Below, one piece after another: positions 48,534 to 57,341 of a stretch of DNA of 64,000 bases. The notes under the pieces were generated by a model that did no database searches, was not told the origin of the DNA, and worked only from the letters and a program-made list of their open reading frames with translations. The position numbers and the translations under genes were made by a program. Source of the stretch: a virus (lineage: Duplodnaviria > Caudoviricetes); IMG/VR virus record IMGVR_UViG_3300005686_000039, positions 1,913 to 65,912 of that record; one strand, given 5' to 3'. Positions within the stretch are counted from its first letter, which is position 1. Every line of letters begins with the position of its first letter.

Positions 48534-48784
48534 GTTGGTCTGTACCCCAGCTCTTCGAGTTTCTTCGTGTACTCATCGGCGAGCAACGCGGCTGTCACGA
48601 TGTCGCCTTCTCGAACCACACAAACGGTGCAGTCCGCACCGTTCCGAATAACTCTCGCGACTAGCATGTCCCCACGAAACACGTCGCGCAGGGTGAGAGC
48701 ACCGTGCCGCACATGAATGTGCACTTCCGCCGTCGCCCCAGCGGCGTACAGCTCGCACCTGTAGCCGTTGACGCACTGCTTCAT
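48530..48784 (-). CDS. Hypothetical protein, 84 aa (paralogous C-terminus)
   Basis: Ends AALLADEYTKKLEELGYRPT. Confidence 0.6.
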   Translation of the reverse strand: MKQCVNGYRCELYAAGATAEVHIHVRHGALTLRDVFRGDMLVARVIRNGADCTVCVVREGDIVTAALLADEYTKKLEELGYRPT

Positions 48785-49101
48785 GTCGGTCTGTACCCCA
48801 GCTCTTCGAGTTTCTTCGTGTACTCATCAAGCAACAGCGCGGCAGTGACTTCGTCGCCAACGGCCGATATGTAGAGGTAGACGAGCCCACCTGCCTCGTG
48901 GGCGTGCACGTTGCCTCGCATGTACGTGCGGAACTGGCCATCGAGCGTCGGCCTGTGCGCCCTCGGAACCCATATCGCGGCTCGCGCCCAGCCCTCCCCT
49001 TCCAGCCCGCACACCCATCCGTTTACGGTCTTGTCCATGCGCAGCGGGCCAAAACGTAGCGCCGACAGGTCCGGCCGAAGTAGGTGTGGCGGTATGCTCA
49101 T
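48781..49101 (-). CDS. Hypothetical protein, 106 aa (paralogous C-terminus)
   Basis: Ends AALLLDEYTKKLEELGYRPT. Confidence 0.6.
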   Translation of the reverse strand: MSIPPHLLRPDLSALRFGPLRMDKTVNGWVCGLEGEGWARAAIWVPRAHRPTLDGQFRTYMRGNVHAHEAGGLVYLYISAVGDEVTAALLLDEYTKKLEELGYRPT

Positions 49102-49340
49102 GGCTTCACTCCGAGTTCTTTCAGCACCTCGATCATCGTCAGGAGGCTGTTCAGCGCGCCGATCTTACGCTCCGAACACGTCGTAGTGGTGGCCGAGCAC
49201 CATCCACCACGGCCACATGGGACGTATGAACGATGCCTTCACGCTCGTCGGGCAGCTTGTAGAGCCCGACGCCGAACTTGTAGTTGGTCGCTGCGTGTGC
49301 GCCGCACGAGACGAGCAGCGCGACAGCGAACACGGTACAT
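49098..49340 (-). pseudogene. Apparently frameshifted small gene
   Basis: Three consecutive GC3-biased segments in three frames, ending IEVLKELGVKP with ATGA overlap into the next gene. Confidence 0.35.
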
Positions 49341-49349
49341 ACGGACGCC

Positions 49350-49535
49350 TTACGGGCGCGACTTCTCCGTGGGGTCATCGCATATTGCCTTGTGCGTGTT
49401 GCCAAACCTGGGGTGCCACTCGGTCTGCACGCGGCACTGCACGCGCTCGATCGTGCATCCTGCCTGCCCGATGGTGGCGAGAGCGACGAACGCCAGCGAC
49501 AGTCCGAACGCCAGCCAGAAGCCCGCCTCCTTCAT
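49350..49535 (-). CDS. Small membrane protein, 61 aa
   Basis: N-terminal TM helix; two Cys. Confidence 0.55.
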   Translation of the reverse strand: MKEAGFWLAFGLSLAFVALATIGQAGCTIERVQCRVQTEWHPRFGNTHKAICDDPTEKSRP

Positions 49536-49536
49536 G

Positions 49537-50091
49537 TCACGAACTCCTGGCGTGGGGGACGGGGTAGCCGGTCATGCCCTGCACGACGCGCGGCATCGGA
49601 TCGCGGGCGTTCTCGGCCTTCATCTGCCGGCCGTAGTGATCCGTCGTGGTGCCGTCCATGCAGTCCTGCACGTCCTGCATCCAGGCTCCGATGATGGCGC
49701 CGCGTACGGGCTGCCCCTCGTGGGTGAAAAGCTGCGGCCCCTGCATCGCCTTCATCACCTCGATGGCGTCGCGGATCACCCGCTTGTGCTCGTTGAGGTT
49801 CGACTGCTGGTGAAGCATCTCGGTGGCCAGCGTGTGCAGGTGCCCGAGCATGGCCTGCCGGAGGCCCGTGTTGGGCACGCGCTTGATCGCCTCGTGCAGA
49901 CCGTCGATGGCTTCCTTGATGCGAGGCAGCGCGCCGACCCGCAGCAGGTTTTCGGCGTCGGGCATGGGAGAGTTGTGCATGGTAGCGGTGTCCTTTCGGT
50001 TAAGTGTCTCATCGTACAACAAACGCAGACATCGGGCAACGCCCGCGTCCGCGAGCGGGCGCTTATCCTTTGGTCTGAGCATCGCACTCAC
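49537..50091 (-). CDS. Hypothetical protein (start uncertain)
   Basis: Coding-like codon bias; alternative ATG near 49980. Confidence 0.55.
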   Translation of the reverse strand: MSAMLRPKDKRPLADAGVARCLRLLYDETLNRKDTATMHNSPMPDAENLLRVGALPRIKEAIDGLHEAIKRVPNTGLRQAMLGHLHTLATEMLHQQSNLNEHKRVIRDAIEVMKAMQGPQLFTHEGQPVRGAIIGAWMQDVQDCMDGTTTDHYGRQMKAENARDPMPRVVQGMTGYPVPHARSS

Positions 50092-50121
50092 ATTTCGCTC
50101 GGTCGCGGGCTACGCCCGCCC

Positions 50122-51012
50122 TCACATTTCGCTGCTCAGCTTCTTCAAGATCTTCGCCGCAGCCTGCGTCGCTGCGCGCTTGGCCGCCGGGTTGATCGGC
50201 TTGCCCTGCAGGTTGCGCAGGTCACTCGCGTCGTGCACGACGATCTGCTCGTTGAGCGTCTTGATCACCTCCGCCAGCTTCGGATCGTCCGCCACGTTCA
50301 GCGAGGGGAGCAGCTTGGCCAACGACTGCATGTGCTCGAACGTCTTGGGCCTCACCCCCACCCAATCCTCGGACGTGATCTGGTCGTGGAACTTCTGCAC
50401 CGCATCGTGGATGCGATAGAAGACCGAACGTAGCGCGTACCCCAGCTCGTCCTTCACGCTCTCGTCCACCGCCTGCTTGAGCTTGGCGAGCCGGCCGTTG
50501 GCGAGATCGACACGCAGGTCGCCGCTCTCTGGCACCGGCGAGTACGTGACCTCGAACGTGAAGCGCTTGCGCACCGTCTCCACCGGCGGGTAGTCCTTGT
50601 CCTTGTAGAGCTTGCCGAGCCGGCGCTTGTTGGCGCGGTGCTCTTCGTAGCCCCGAAGGAAGTCCTCGACCGTGTTCCAGAACTCTTGACGGTGCGTCTC
50701 GAACGTGTCGTTGAAGGGAAGCCACTGCTCGGTCGGGAGTAGGCGTGCACCGTCGTCGCCCCACGGCAGCGTGATCTCTTCAAACTTGCGCCGGGCCTGC
50801 TTCACCGTCGCGTTCATGCGGTTGGTGAGCTGCTTCGACACGAGCGTCTTGGTGTACTGACCGACGCCGACCTCGGCGCCCATGAACTTCTCCAACTCCT
50901 GGCCGGCGCGGGCGTCCTTCACGCGAGCCGTGTAGATCGTGATCTTCACCTTGGCCAGCAGCGCCTTGGTGTGCAGCGCCTCGCTCGCCGCCTCGTCCAG
51001 CTTCTTCGACAT
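50122..51012 (-). CDS. DUF3150-like helical protein
   Basis: GQYTKTL, TLPWGDDGARLLP, RF.FEV...PVP pattern; GGAGACGAGG RBS. Confidence 0.55.
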   Translation of the reverse strand: MSKKLDEAASEALHTKALLAKVKITIYTARVKDARAGQELEKFMGAEVGVGQYTKTLVSKQLTNRMNATVKQARRKFEEITLPWGDDGARLLPTEQWLPFNDTFETHRQEFWNTVEDFLRGYEEHRANKRRLGKLYKDKDYPPVETVRKRFTFEVTYSPVPESGDLRVDLANGRLAKLKQAVDESVKDELGYALRSVFYRIHDAVQKFHDQITSEDWVGVRPKTFEHMQSLAKLLPSLNVADDPKLAEVIKTLNEQIVVHDASDLRNLQGKPINPAAKRAATQAAAKILKKLSSEM

Positions 51013-51022
51013 CCTCGTCTCC

Positions 51023-51037
51023 GTGACTGTCAGTCAC
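51023..51037. promoter_or_regulatory. Palindromic motif copy GTGACTG-T-CAGTCAC
   Basis: Contains the stop of 51034-51813, just upstream of the DUF3150-like RBS. Confidence 0.7.
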
Positions 51038-51813
51038 CACTTTGGCGACCGGGTAAACAGCTCCAGCGTCTCGCCGGTATCGACATGCACGAGGCGCGTG
51101 ACCCCGAGCACCACGTCTACCCCTAGCGGGTTTTCCTCGGATACTACGCACAAATTGGTGAACAAACCAACAACACAGGCCAGTTCGTGCGACACGCCGT
51201 TCACTTCTCCGATGGTCATACTACGGACGGCTGTGTCCGTGGCCGACCCGCCGCTGCGGTACGCACAGACCGCCAGCGACACGCACTCGGCGATGAAGTC
51301 AGTCGTCGTCGGCATCGCCTCCGCGACGCGCTCTAACGTAGCCGGCGGCAGCAGCTCCATCACCACACCCAGCTCGTCGGCGAGGCGCTTCGCAACGACG
51401 AAGACCTCGCGCATCCGGTCGCTGTCCGTGCGTACTACGTACGACCCCTCGCCCGGAATGTATAGCCTGTCGTTGAAGCATCCGACGAACTCGGGCACGT
51501 TCCCATCGCCGGGGTCTGCCGGCGCCCGTGCCACACCGCTCGGCTCGATCTGCAGGATGGACAACCCCTTGTAGCGGATGACGGCGTCATGCACCGTGAA
51601 CGGAACGCCATCGGCCTGGCTGTCGCACTTGGGGTAGTACGGGACAGCCATGCCGTACCGGCAGTGGTAGTCGATGGCGTGCCCGGTCGCGCTCAATCGA
51701 GCGAGCGTGTACTGCTCGGCCTTCTTACCCGGCCAGTGCTTCAACCCGACCGGCGCCACTCCCGAGCCGGGCGTCATCGCGCGCTTCGCCAGCTTTTGGT
51801 ACGACTTGTTCAT
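51034..51813 (-). CDS. Hypothetical protein, 259 aa
   Basis: Open frame with coding-like bias. Confidence 0.6.
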   Translation of the reverse strand: MNKSYQKLAKRAMTPGSGVAPVGLKHWPGKKAEQYTLARLSATGHAIDYHCRYGMAVPYYPKCDSQADGVPFTVHDAVIRYKGLSILQIEPSGVARAPADPGDGNVPEFVGCFNDRLYIPGEGSYVVRTDSDRMREVFVVAKRLADELGVVMELLPPATLERVAEAMPTTTDFIAECVSLAVCAYRSGGSATDTAVRSMTIGEVNGVSHELACVVGLFTNLCVVSEENPLGVDVVLGVTRLVHVDTGETLELFTRSPKW

Positions 51814-52729
51814 GCGCTCCGCTCATGTGCTTGCGTGCTGCCAACAACGCCCACGTATCTTGCTTCTCCGGCTCGTCAAGATCGAGCGGGACACACTCGC
51901 CGGTGCTCCTGTTCACGAGATACGTTTCGCCTAAGAGTTGACGTGCCGACGTGAATTGCCACACAGAATGGTAGTTATCGCTGTTGTCGGCGATCATGGC
52001 GGCAAGGCGGCGAGCCGCGCCAACCGCTTGCACGCGCTTGCTCAGACGCCCCTTCAAGCCGGCAGGACGCTTGCGACGGAACACGAGCGCGTCGACGACC
52101 GCGTCGGGCTTAACGCCGTCGAGAAACAGTTTCGTCGCACGGGCGATGTTCTTGTCCACAAGATCCGTGTCGCCGAACGACATGGCTTCGCCGACCAGCG
52201 CCAACTCGCCGAACGCGTCCTGCACGTCCTTGCACATGGCCTTCATGGCGTGGTCAATCGCAACAGTGTCGGTACGGACATCGTACGCAACCGGCCCGTT
52301 CGACGTGGGCTGCCAGATCGTGGTGCGCCCGGCGGACTCTTCGACCACGTACGTCGAGGAAAGATCGGCGGCGACGCGCACGCTTCGCACGCAGGACGTG
52401 AAGCACTTGGACTCCTGGCCCAGGCGAGGAAGCTCTGCGACGCCGGTGAGCGCGCCCTTATCGAACCGACGTGAGCCCCCCTGCAGACTGCGCATCCGGG
52501 CGCGCGTGGTCTTGCTGTCGACCCACTCGTGGTTGAACGACGCCGACGCGTCCCTGCAGTGGTAGACGATCGCCGTGTAGTGCAGAATGACCGCGATGGT
52601 TTCCTGCGGCTCGGCGAGATGCGGCCACTTCGCCATGTAGCGCACCGCGTAGGTGTTGTTGGCGATCTTCTTGCTCGGCTTGCGCGTCTTGAACTTCGCA
52701 CGCAGGTCTTTGAAAGTTCGGTTAGACAT
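51725..52729 (-). CDS. Hypothetical protein (MSNRTFKDL...)
   Basis: Start re-assigned to ATG 52729. Confidence 0.6.
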   Translation of the reverse strand: MSNRTFKDLRAKFKTRKPSKKIANNTYAVRYMAKWPHLAEPQETIAVILHYTAIVYHCRDASASFNHEWVDSKTTRARMRSLQGGSRRFDKGALTGVAELPRLGQESKCFTSCVRSVRVAADLSSTYVVEESAGRTTIWQPTSNGPVAYDVRTDTVAIDHAMKAMCKDVQDAFGELALVGEAMSFGDTDLVDKNIARATKLFLDGVKPDAVVDALVFRRKRPAGLKGRLSKRVQAVGAARRLAAMIADNSDNYHSVWQFTSARQLLGETYLVNRSTGECVPLDLDEPEKQDTWALLAARKHMSGAHEQVVPKAGEARDDARLGSGAGRVEALAG

Positions 52730-53219
52730 TGTGCTCGTCCGTGTTGGGCTGCTCCAGTTTGCGCAGCATGTGCTGTACTTCGAGAGGTAGCCCCATGTGT
52801 ACGATGTACGAGAGGACGGCCAACTCGGTCGTGTGCTCGGGGAACAGCGCCTTGGCGTACGCTTCAATCGACGTGACTGTCAGTCGCTTGCCGTCGACCC
52901 ACCACTCGCTAATACCATTGGCGATGTTGATCACGGCGGGACCATCACGTCGATCCCGCTTGCCGTGTCGGCGCCACTCCGTAACGCCGGTCGCCTTGTT
53001 GATGTACGCAGGCTCGGTGTCGTGGTGCACGACGCCGTTGACATAGTGCGTGCGTACGCCGTGCTTGTCGCGCCAGCCGTTGGCGGGCACCACCTTTCCT
53101 TGTGGGTTCATCTCGAACACCGCTCGTTCCTCCACCATCCGCCTGCGATCCTCGGCCGTGCCCCACGCCGGTATGTTACCCGGCAGGTAGATCAGCACTT
53201 TCCTTGTCGGATCGGACAC
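52722..53219 (-). CDS. Protein with W..G..HR.DGPA-type beta-hairpin repeats
   Basis: HHDTEPAY...EWRRHGKRDRRDGPAV...EWWVDGKR; GTG start after GAGG. Confidence 0.6.
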   Translation of the reverse strand: MSDPTRKVLIYLPGNIPAWGTAEDRRRMVEERAVFEMNPQGKVVPANGWRDKHGVRTHYVNGVVHHDTEPAYINKATGVTEWRRHGKRDRRDGPAVINIANGISEWWVDGKRLTVTSIEAYAKALFPEHTTELAVLSYIVHMGLPLEVQHMLRKLEQPNTDEHNV

Positions 53220-53622
53220 GCCAGCCTCGCTGCTTGAAGAGCCGCTGTCGGGCGTACTCGCACAGTATCTCGATGTCGCCCGGCAGGTCGAAGTGAATGA
53301 TGTACGCAACGACAGCGGACATAACCGACGTGTAGCTGGCGTGCTCGCCCTCGATGCTCCTGTCGAGGTTGTTGCGCGAGGCGTACCAGTACCACGCGAT
53401 GTTCTCGATCCAGCCGCCGCGCTGCCCGTGCTCGTTGCCCATCTCGGCCAGCCACTTGAAGTCCAAGTACCCCTTGTAGCTGATCGCGCACGGGCCACCG
53501 TCCGGCACGTCGGTAAGGGTGTTGTTCTTGTAGTAGTTGAACACGCCCTTCCAGCTCTCGTCCGTCCAGCCGTCGTAGCGTACGCCGCCCTTCGCGTTCC
53601 TGTAGTCGTGGACGTGGGGCAT
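53176..53622 (-). CDS. Aromatic-rich hypothetical protein (MPHVHDYRN...)
   Basis: TGATG coupling; GAGG RBS. Confidence 0.6.
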   Translation of the reverse strand: MPHVHDYRNAKGGVRYDGWTDESWKGVFNYYKNNTLTDVPDGGPCAISYKGYLDFKWLAEMGNEHGQRGGWIENIAWYWYASRNNLDRSIEGEHASYTSVMSAVVAYIIHFDLPGDIEILCEYARQRLFKQRGWRVRSDKESADLPAG

Positions 53623-53960
53623 CAGATCCTCACACTCTCGTGGGGTGCATTGTCCACGCCGCAGTTTGGGCACTCGTCGTCGACCCGGCAGTCGTACACG
53701 TCGTCCCACTTCTCGCCGCACCCGCGACACTCGTACGAGTTCTTGTACTCGACGACCGGCCACAGCACCTTGCGTATCTTCGCGGCCCGCTCAGTGTCGC
53801 CGGACTTCTCCGCCCAATTCGCCGCGTCTTCGAGCGCCGACCTGAGCCAGTCGCCGTCCTCCGGTGGTGACAGCCAGTCAGGGTCCACGCCCATGTGCTG
53901 CACGAGCATCATGACGGCCTGCACGCAGGCGCGGTGGAACCGTTCGGTGTTGGTGTTCAC
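53622..53960 (-). CDS. Zinc-ribbon protein
   Basis: YECRGCG...DECPNCG; AAGGAG RBS before GTG. Confidence 0.6.
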   Translation of the reverse strand: MNTNTERFHRACVQAVMMLVQHMGVDPDWLSPPEDGDWLRSALEDAANWAEKSGDTERAAKIRKVLWPVVEYKNSYECRGCGEKWDDVYDCRVDDECPNCGVDNAPHESVRI

Positions 53961-54217
53961 GTCGCTTTCTCCTTCGCGCTTTCGCGCAGCTTGTCCAACT
54001 CGTGTTGCGCTGTGTGGCCGGGGGCGCCGCCGGTCATGTAGTAGGCGAGCGCGCCGCACTCGGGGCACTCGCCGACCGGGACCGTGCAGCCGGCTTCCAG
54101 GCGGTCGTAGAGGTCGTTTATGAACCGCGTGTCGCACGCGAGCCCGGTCCACTCGCAGTTGTCACACTCGACGGGGAACTCGCCCTCGTGATAGACGCCC
54201 GTTGTCGTCGACATCAC
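53957..54217 (-). CDS. Zinc-ribbon protein, 86 aa
   Basis: VECDNCEW...GECPECG. Confidence 0.65.
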   Translation of the reverse strand: MMSTTTGVYHEGEFPVECDNCEWTGLACDTRFINDLYDRLEAGCTVPVGECPECGALAYYMTGGAPGHTAQHELDKLRESAKEKAT

Positions 54218-55611
54218 ACACGGATCCTTATGGTCTGGCCGTAGGGTGCGACAACGTCAGTCGTCGCCACCCACAAGACCGGGAACTTCGGCTCGTTGTT
54301 GAAGGCCGTCACCATGTCGGTGAGAACCACCGCGCAGCACGGCTTGATCTTCTCCTTCTCAACGTACTTCCACGCGACTTCCAGATCGGTGCCGCCACCG
54401 CCGCCCGGCTTGAACGTGATCCGATCGTCGGGCTGGAACTGCTGGTGCTCGTTGACGCGAGTGTCCACCCACAGAACGTGGGTCACGCTCGGCCGCACGG
54501 TCTTGATGATAGCGCTGATCTCGGCGCCGAAGGCGGCCAGCTCCTTGTCGGAGATCGAGCCGGACGTGTCGACGATCACGACAAGCGGCGAGCTGGGCTG
54601 CTTCACCAGCGACGGCATGATGATCTTCGACGCGTCGAACCTGCGAGACGGGCGACGGTACGACCAGTCACCGGCGAGCACGGCGGGACCATACTTCCCT
54701 ACGATGAAGCGCCGGAGCTGCGAGGCCCAATTCACCTGCGGCTTCCCGTACTTCTCGATGATCCGCTTCGCCAGACCCGGCTCGTTGCCGATCGCCTTCG
54801 CCGACTGCGCCGCCTGGAGAACCTGGGCTGTCAGCTCGCGCTCGACTTCCTCTTCGGACATGCCTTCGGCCTTGACCGCTTGGTCGAACGCCTCGGTGTC
54901 GAGATCGCCCGACAGGTCGGGCGAAGGAATGTTGGAGCGGCCAGAACCCGGCTCGGGCGAAGACGGCTCGTCAGGCCCAGCTCCATCGGAGCCGTCCCCC
55001 CTGTCGCCCTTGTCGCCTTTCTGGTCCTGGCCGCTCCCCCCGCTGCCGTCCGGTGACTGCTTGTCACCGGGGCGCGATCCCGACTTCTTCCCCTTCCCGT
55101 TCTGCGGTTGCTTCTGCCGCGCCTTGTCGAGCTGATCGTAGATGTCCTCCCACGAGCGCTCGACACCCAGGTGCGGATCCAGACAGATCGCGCCCGGTAT
55201 CGGTTGTGCCTTGCCGGCGAGCACGTCGCACATCTGGTCGATCGTCATGCCCTTCCAGTACGAGAAGTCGTGCTTGTCTTCGAGCAGGGTGCGGTTGATC
55301 ACGAAGTCCTGCGCGATGTTCGCCAGCAGCGGATCGCGGTCGCCCCGACGCAGCATGTGCATCAGGGTCTTGTGTCGCGTCTCGTGCGCCAGCGCCATCA
55401 TGATGTGGCTGGGCTTGAGCTTGGCGACGAACTCGCGGTTGTACTTGATGACCGTCATGCAGTCGGTCGCCATCGTCGGCACGCGGTTGTCCTCGACGAT
55501 CTTCATGGTGGACATGATCGATGCGTCGAAGATGGCGCGGTTGAACAGGCCCGCAACCGCGAGCCTGATCTTGTCCTCTACGCTCTGCTCGGTGGATGCG
55601 GGCTTGCTCAT
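54214..55611 (-). CDS. Metallopeptidase-like plus vWA domain protein (DUF2201-like)
   Basis: HETRH HExxH, NIAQD..IN, VIVDTSGSIS MIDAS, GGGGTD, VLTD. Confidence 0.82.
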   Translation of the reverse strand: MSKPASTEQSVEDKIRLAVAGLFNRAIFDASIMSTMKIVEDNRVPTMATDCMTVIKYNREFVAKLKPSHIMMALAHETRHKTLMHMLRRGDRDPLLANIAQDFVINRTLLEDKHDFSYWKGMTIDQMCDVLAGKAQPIPGAICLDPHLGVERSWEDIYDQLDKARQKQPQNGKGKKSGSRPGDKQSPDGSGGSGQDQKGDKGDRGDGSDGAGPDEPSSPEPGSGRSNIPSPDLSGDLDTEAFDQAVKAEGMSEEEVERELTAQVLQAAQSAKAIGNEPGLAKRIIEKYGKPQVNWASQLRRFIVGKYGPAVLAGDWSYRRPSRRFDASKIIMPSLVKQPSSPLVVIVDTSGSISDKELAAFGAEISAIIKTVRPSVTHVLWVDTRVNEHQQFQPDDRITFKPGGGGGTDLEVAWKYVEKEKIKPCCAVVLTDMVTAFNNEPKFPVLWVATTDVVAPYGQTIRIRV

Positions 55612-55640
55612 TGTGTGGTGTCCTTTGGTACGGTAAGCGC

Positions 55641-55654
55641 GACTGCTCAGTCAC
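55641..55654. promoter_or_regulatory. Palindromic motif variant GACTG-CT-CAGTCAC
   Basis: Between the ATPase stop and the vWA start. Confidence 0.55.
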
Positions 55655-55658
55655 ACGT

Positions 55659-56747
55659 TCAGGCGGCGAGGCCGACGCCGGCCGTGGCGAACTCCCGGTA
55701 CTTCTGCAGCAGGTCGATCCGCTTGAGGATGAACTGCGCCTTCTGCGGACGGGCGAGGACCGAGCGGAAGAACACGCCGATCAGCTCCTTCGGCATGCGC
55801 TCGACGTACTGGAACGCCGTGTCGAACTGCTTCTGGTCCGCGATGCGCTCGACGATGAGCAGCGATTGCAGGTAGCTCGCCGCCAGGTCGTTCGGATAGA
55901 CCGCCGCGCCCGTGGGGTTGGCGACGACTTCCTCGAAGCTGACCAGCTTCTCGGCCATGCGCAGGATCGTCTCGAACTTGAGCGCCGCCGCGTCGCCGAC
56001 CACGGCCGACACCTGCAGCATGCGGTCACGAACACGAACGCCCGTGTCGTCGGCGTGGTACATCACGCGGCTGACGAACTCCCAGGTGCGCGGCGTCGGG
56101 TTGCGCCCTTCCTCGTCCTCCACGTCGACCTCGCCGCAGATCAGCGCCGGGTTCTGCTTGAGCGCAGAGATCACCAGCGGATGGAACTCGGAGCGGATGG
56201 CGTAGGTCTCGAACTCGTCCCACGTCGGGCCGACGTACTCGACGATCATCAGGCGGTTCGCCATCGGGCGAGGCAGGTCGTACGTCACGCCACGGTCCTG
56301 CGGACGATTGCCGGCGCAGACGATGCGCGTCCCCTCGGGCAGGCAGTATTCGCCGAGGCAGCGATCGAGCACGAGCTGGTAGGCCGCCGCCAGGATCGTC
56401 GGCAGGCCCGACGTGATCTCGTCCAAGAAGAGAAGCACGGGCTTGCCCGTCGCCTTGTGCACCGCGTTGACGCGGGCGATCAGGTCCGGCATGAGGCGCT
56501 GCACGAAGTCGCCCTTCTTCGCCGGCACCGGCAGGCCGCCCAGGTCTTCGGGGAGCATCTGCGACAGCCGCACGTCGACCATCGCGTAGCCCAGCTTCTC
56601 GGCCACCTGACCGACGATCGCCGACTTGCCGAGGCCGAAGCCGCCGAGGATGAGCAGCGGCACATCGGTCGCGACGCTGGTCTTGATCATCATCTCCAGC
56701 CCGCCGACGCGAACCGTGTTGTACTTCTGCTGGGTGTTCTTCGCCAT
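55659..56747 (-). CDS. MoxR-type AAA+ ATPase
   Basis: GGFGLGKS Walker A, LFLDEI Walker B, AGNR, L.RPMANR, PTPRTWE. Confidence 0.85.
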   Translation of the reverse strand: MAKNTQQKYNTVRVGGLEMMIKTSVATDVPLLILGGFGLGKSAIVGQVAEKLGYAMVDVRLSQMLPEDLGGLPVPAKKGDFVQRLMPDLIARVNAVHKATGKPVLLFLDEITSGLPTILAAAYQLVLDRCLGEYCLPEGTRIVCAGNRPQDRGVTYDLPRPMANRLMIVEYVGPTWDEFETYAIRSEFHPLVISALKQNPALICGEVDVEDEEGRNPTPRTWEFVSRVMYHADDTGVRVRDRMLQVSAVVGDAAALKFETILRMAEKLVSFEEVVANPTGAAVYPNDLAASYLQSLLIVERIADQKQFDTAFQYVERMPKELIGVFFRSVLARPQKAQFILKRIDLLQKYREFATAGVGLAA

Positions 56748-56799
56748 GTTGGTTTCTCTCGCTCTTGCTAGGGGTTTCTAAGACGCAGTCGTCCGCCGG

Positions 56800-56814
56800 G
56801 TGACTGTCTGTCAC
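56800..56814. promoter_or_regulatory. Palindromic motif variant GTGACTG-T-CTGTCAC
   Basis: In the leader downstream of the 56.9 kb promoter. Confidence 0.6.
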
Positions 56815-56880
56815 TCGGTCGTTGTTCACTCGGTCTACTGTGTTGGGATCGTCGAGCTGGGCAATCTCGACTGTATGAAG

Positions 56881-56909
56881 ATTATACCCCAATACGGGGT
56901 GCAAGTCAA
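56881..56909 (-). promoter_or_regulatory. Sigma70-type promoter TTGACT-N17-TATAAT
   Basis: Near-consensus; spacer holds ACCCC-GTATT-GGGGT dyad. Confidence 0.85.
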
Positions 56910-56995
56910 ATCGACCGGCGTCTCTGCGGACGCCCGTCACTACGAAAGTCTAGCGCGCTCGTCGCGATTTCTGTTTCTACGCGCGCGGGGCTTGA

Positions 56996-57340
56996 TCACC
57001 CATACGCTGCCAGCTTGTGTGCGTTCTCGGGGGTGGCGAACTCGATGATGAACTCGATGAACGTATATTCGATATCGTTCACCCACCACGCACGAGCGCC
57101 GTCCGCAAACTCGATAGCAGGTCCGTCGAGGCGATGAAGTTTCCCGTTCACCCACCACACACGAGTGCCGCCCGCGCCCTCGTACGCAGGCCCGTCGATA
57201 CGATGAAGTTTCCCGTTCACGTACCACTCACGGGTGCCGGTCGCAAACTCGATAGCAGGTCCGTCGAGGCGATGAAGTTTCCCGTTCACCCGCCACTCAC
57301 GGGTGCCGTTCGCATATGTAGTAGCCGTTGGCGTGGTCAT
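56996..57340 (-). CDS. Repeat protein with three 23-aa W.VNGKLHR.DGPA units
   Basis: Protein repeats; 50-nt exact DNA repeat at 57104-57153 and 57242-57291. Confidence 0.75.
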   Translation of the reverse strand: MTTPTATTYANGTREWRVNGKLHRLDGPAIEFATGTREWYVNGKLHRIDGPAYEGAGGTRVWWVNGKLHRLDGPAIEFADGARAWWVNDIEYTFIEFIIEFATPENAHKLAAYG

Positions 57341-57341
57341 G

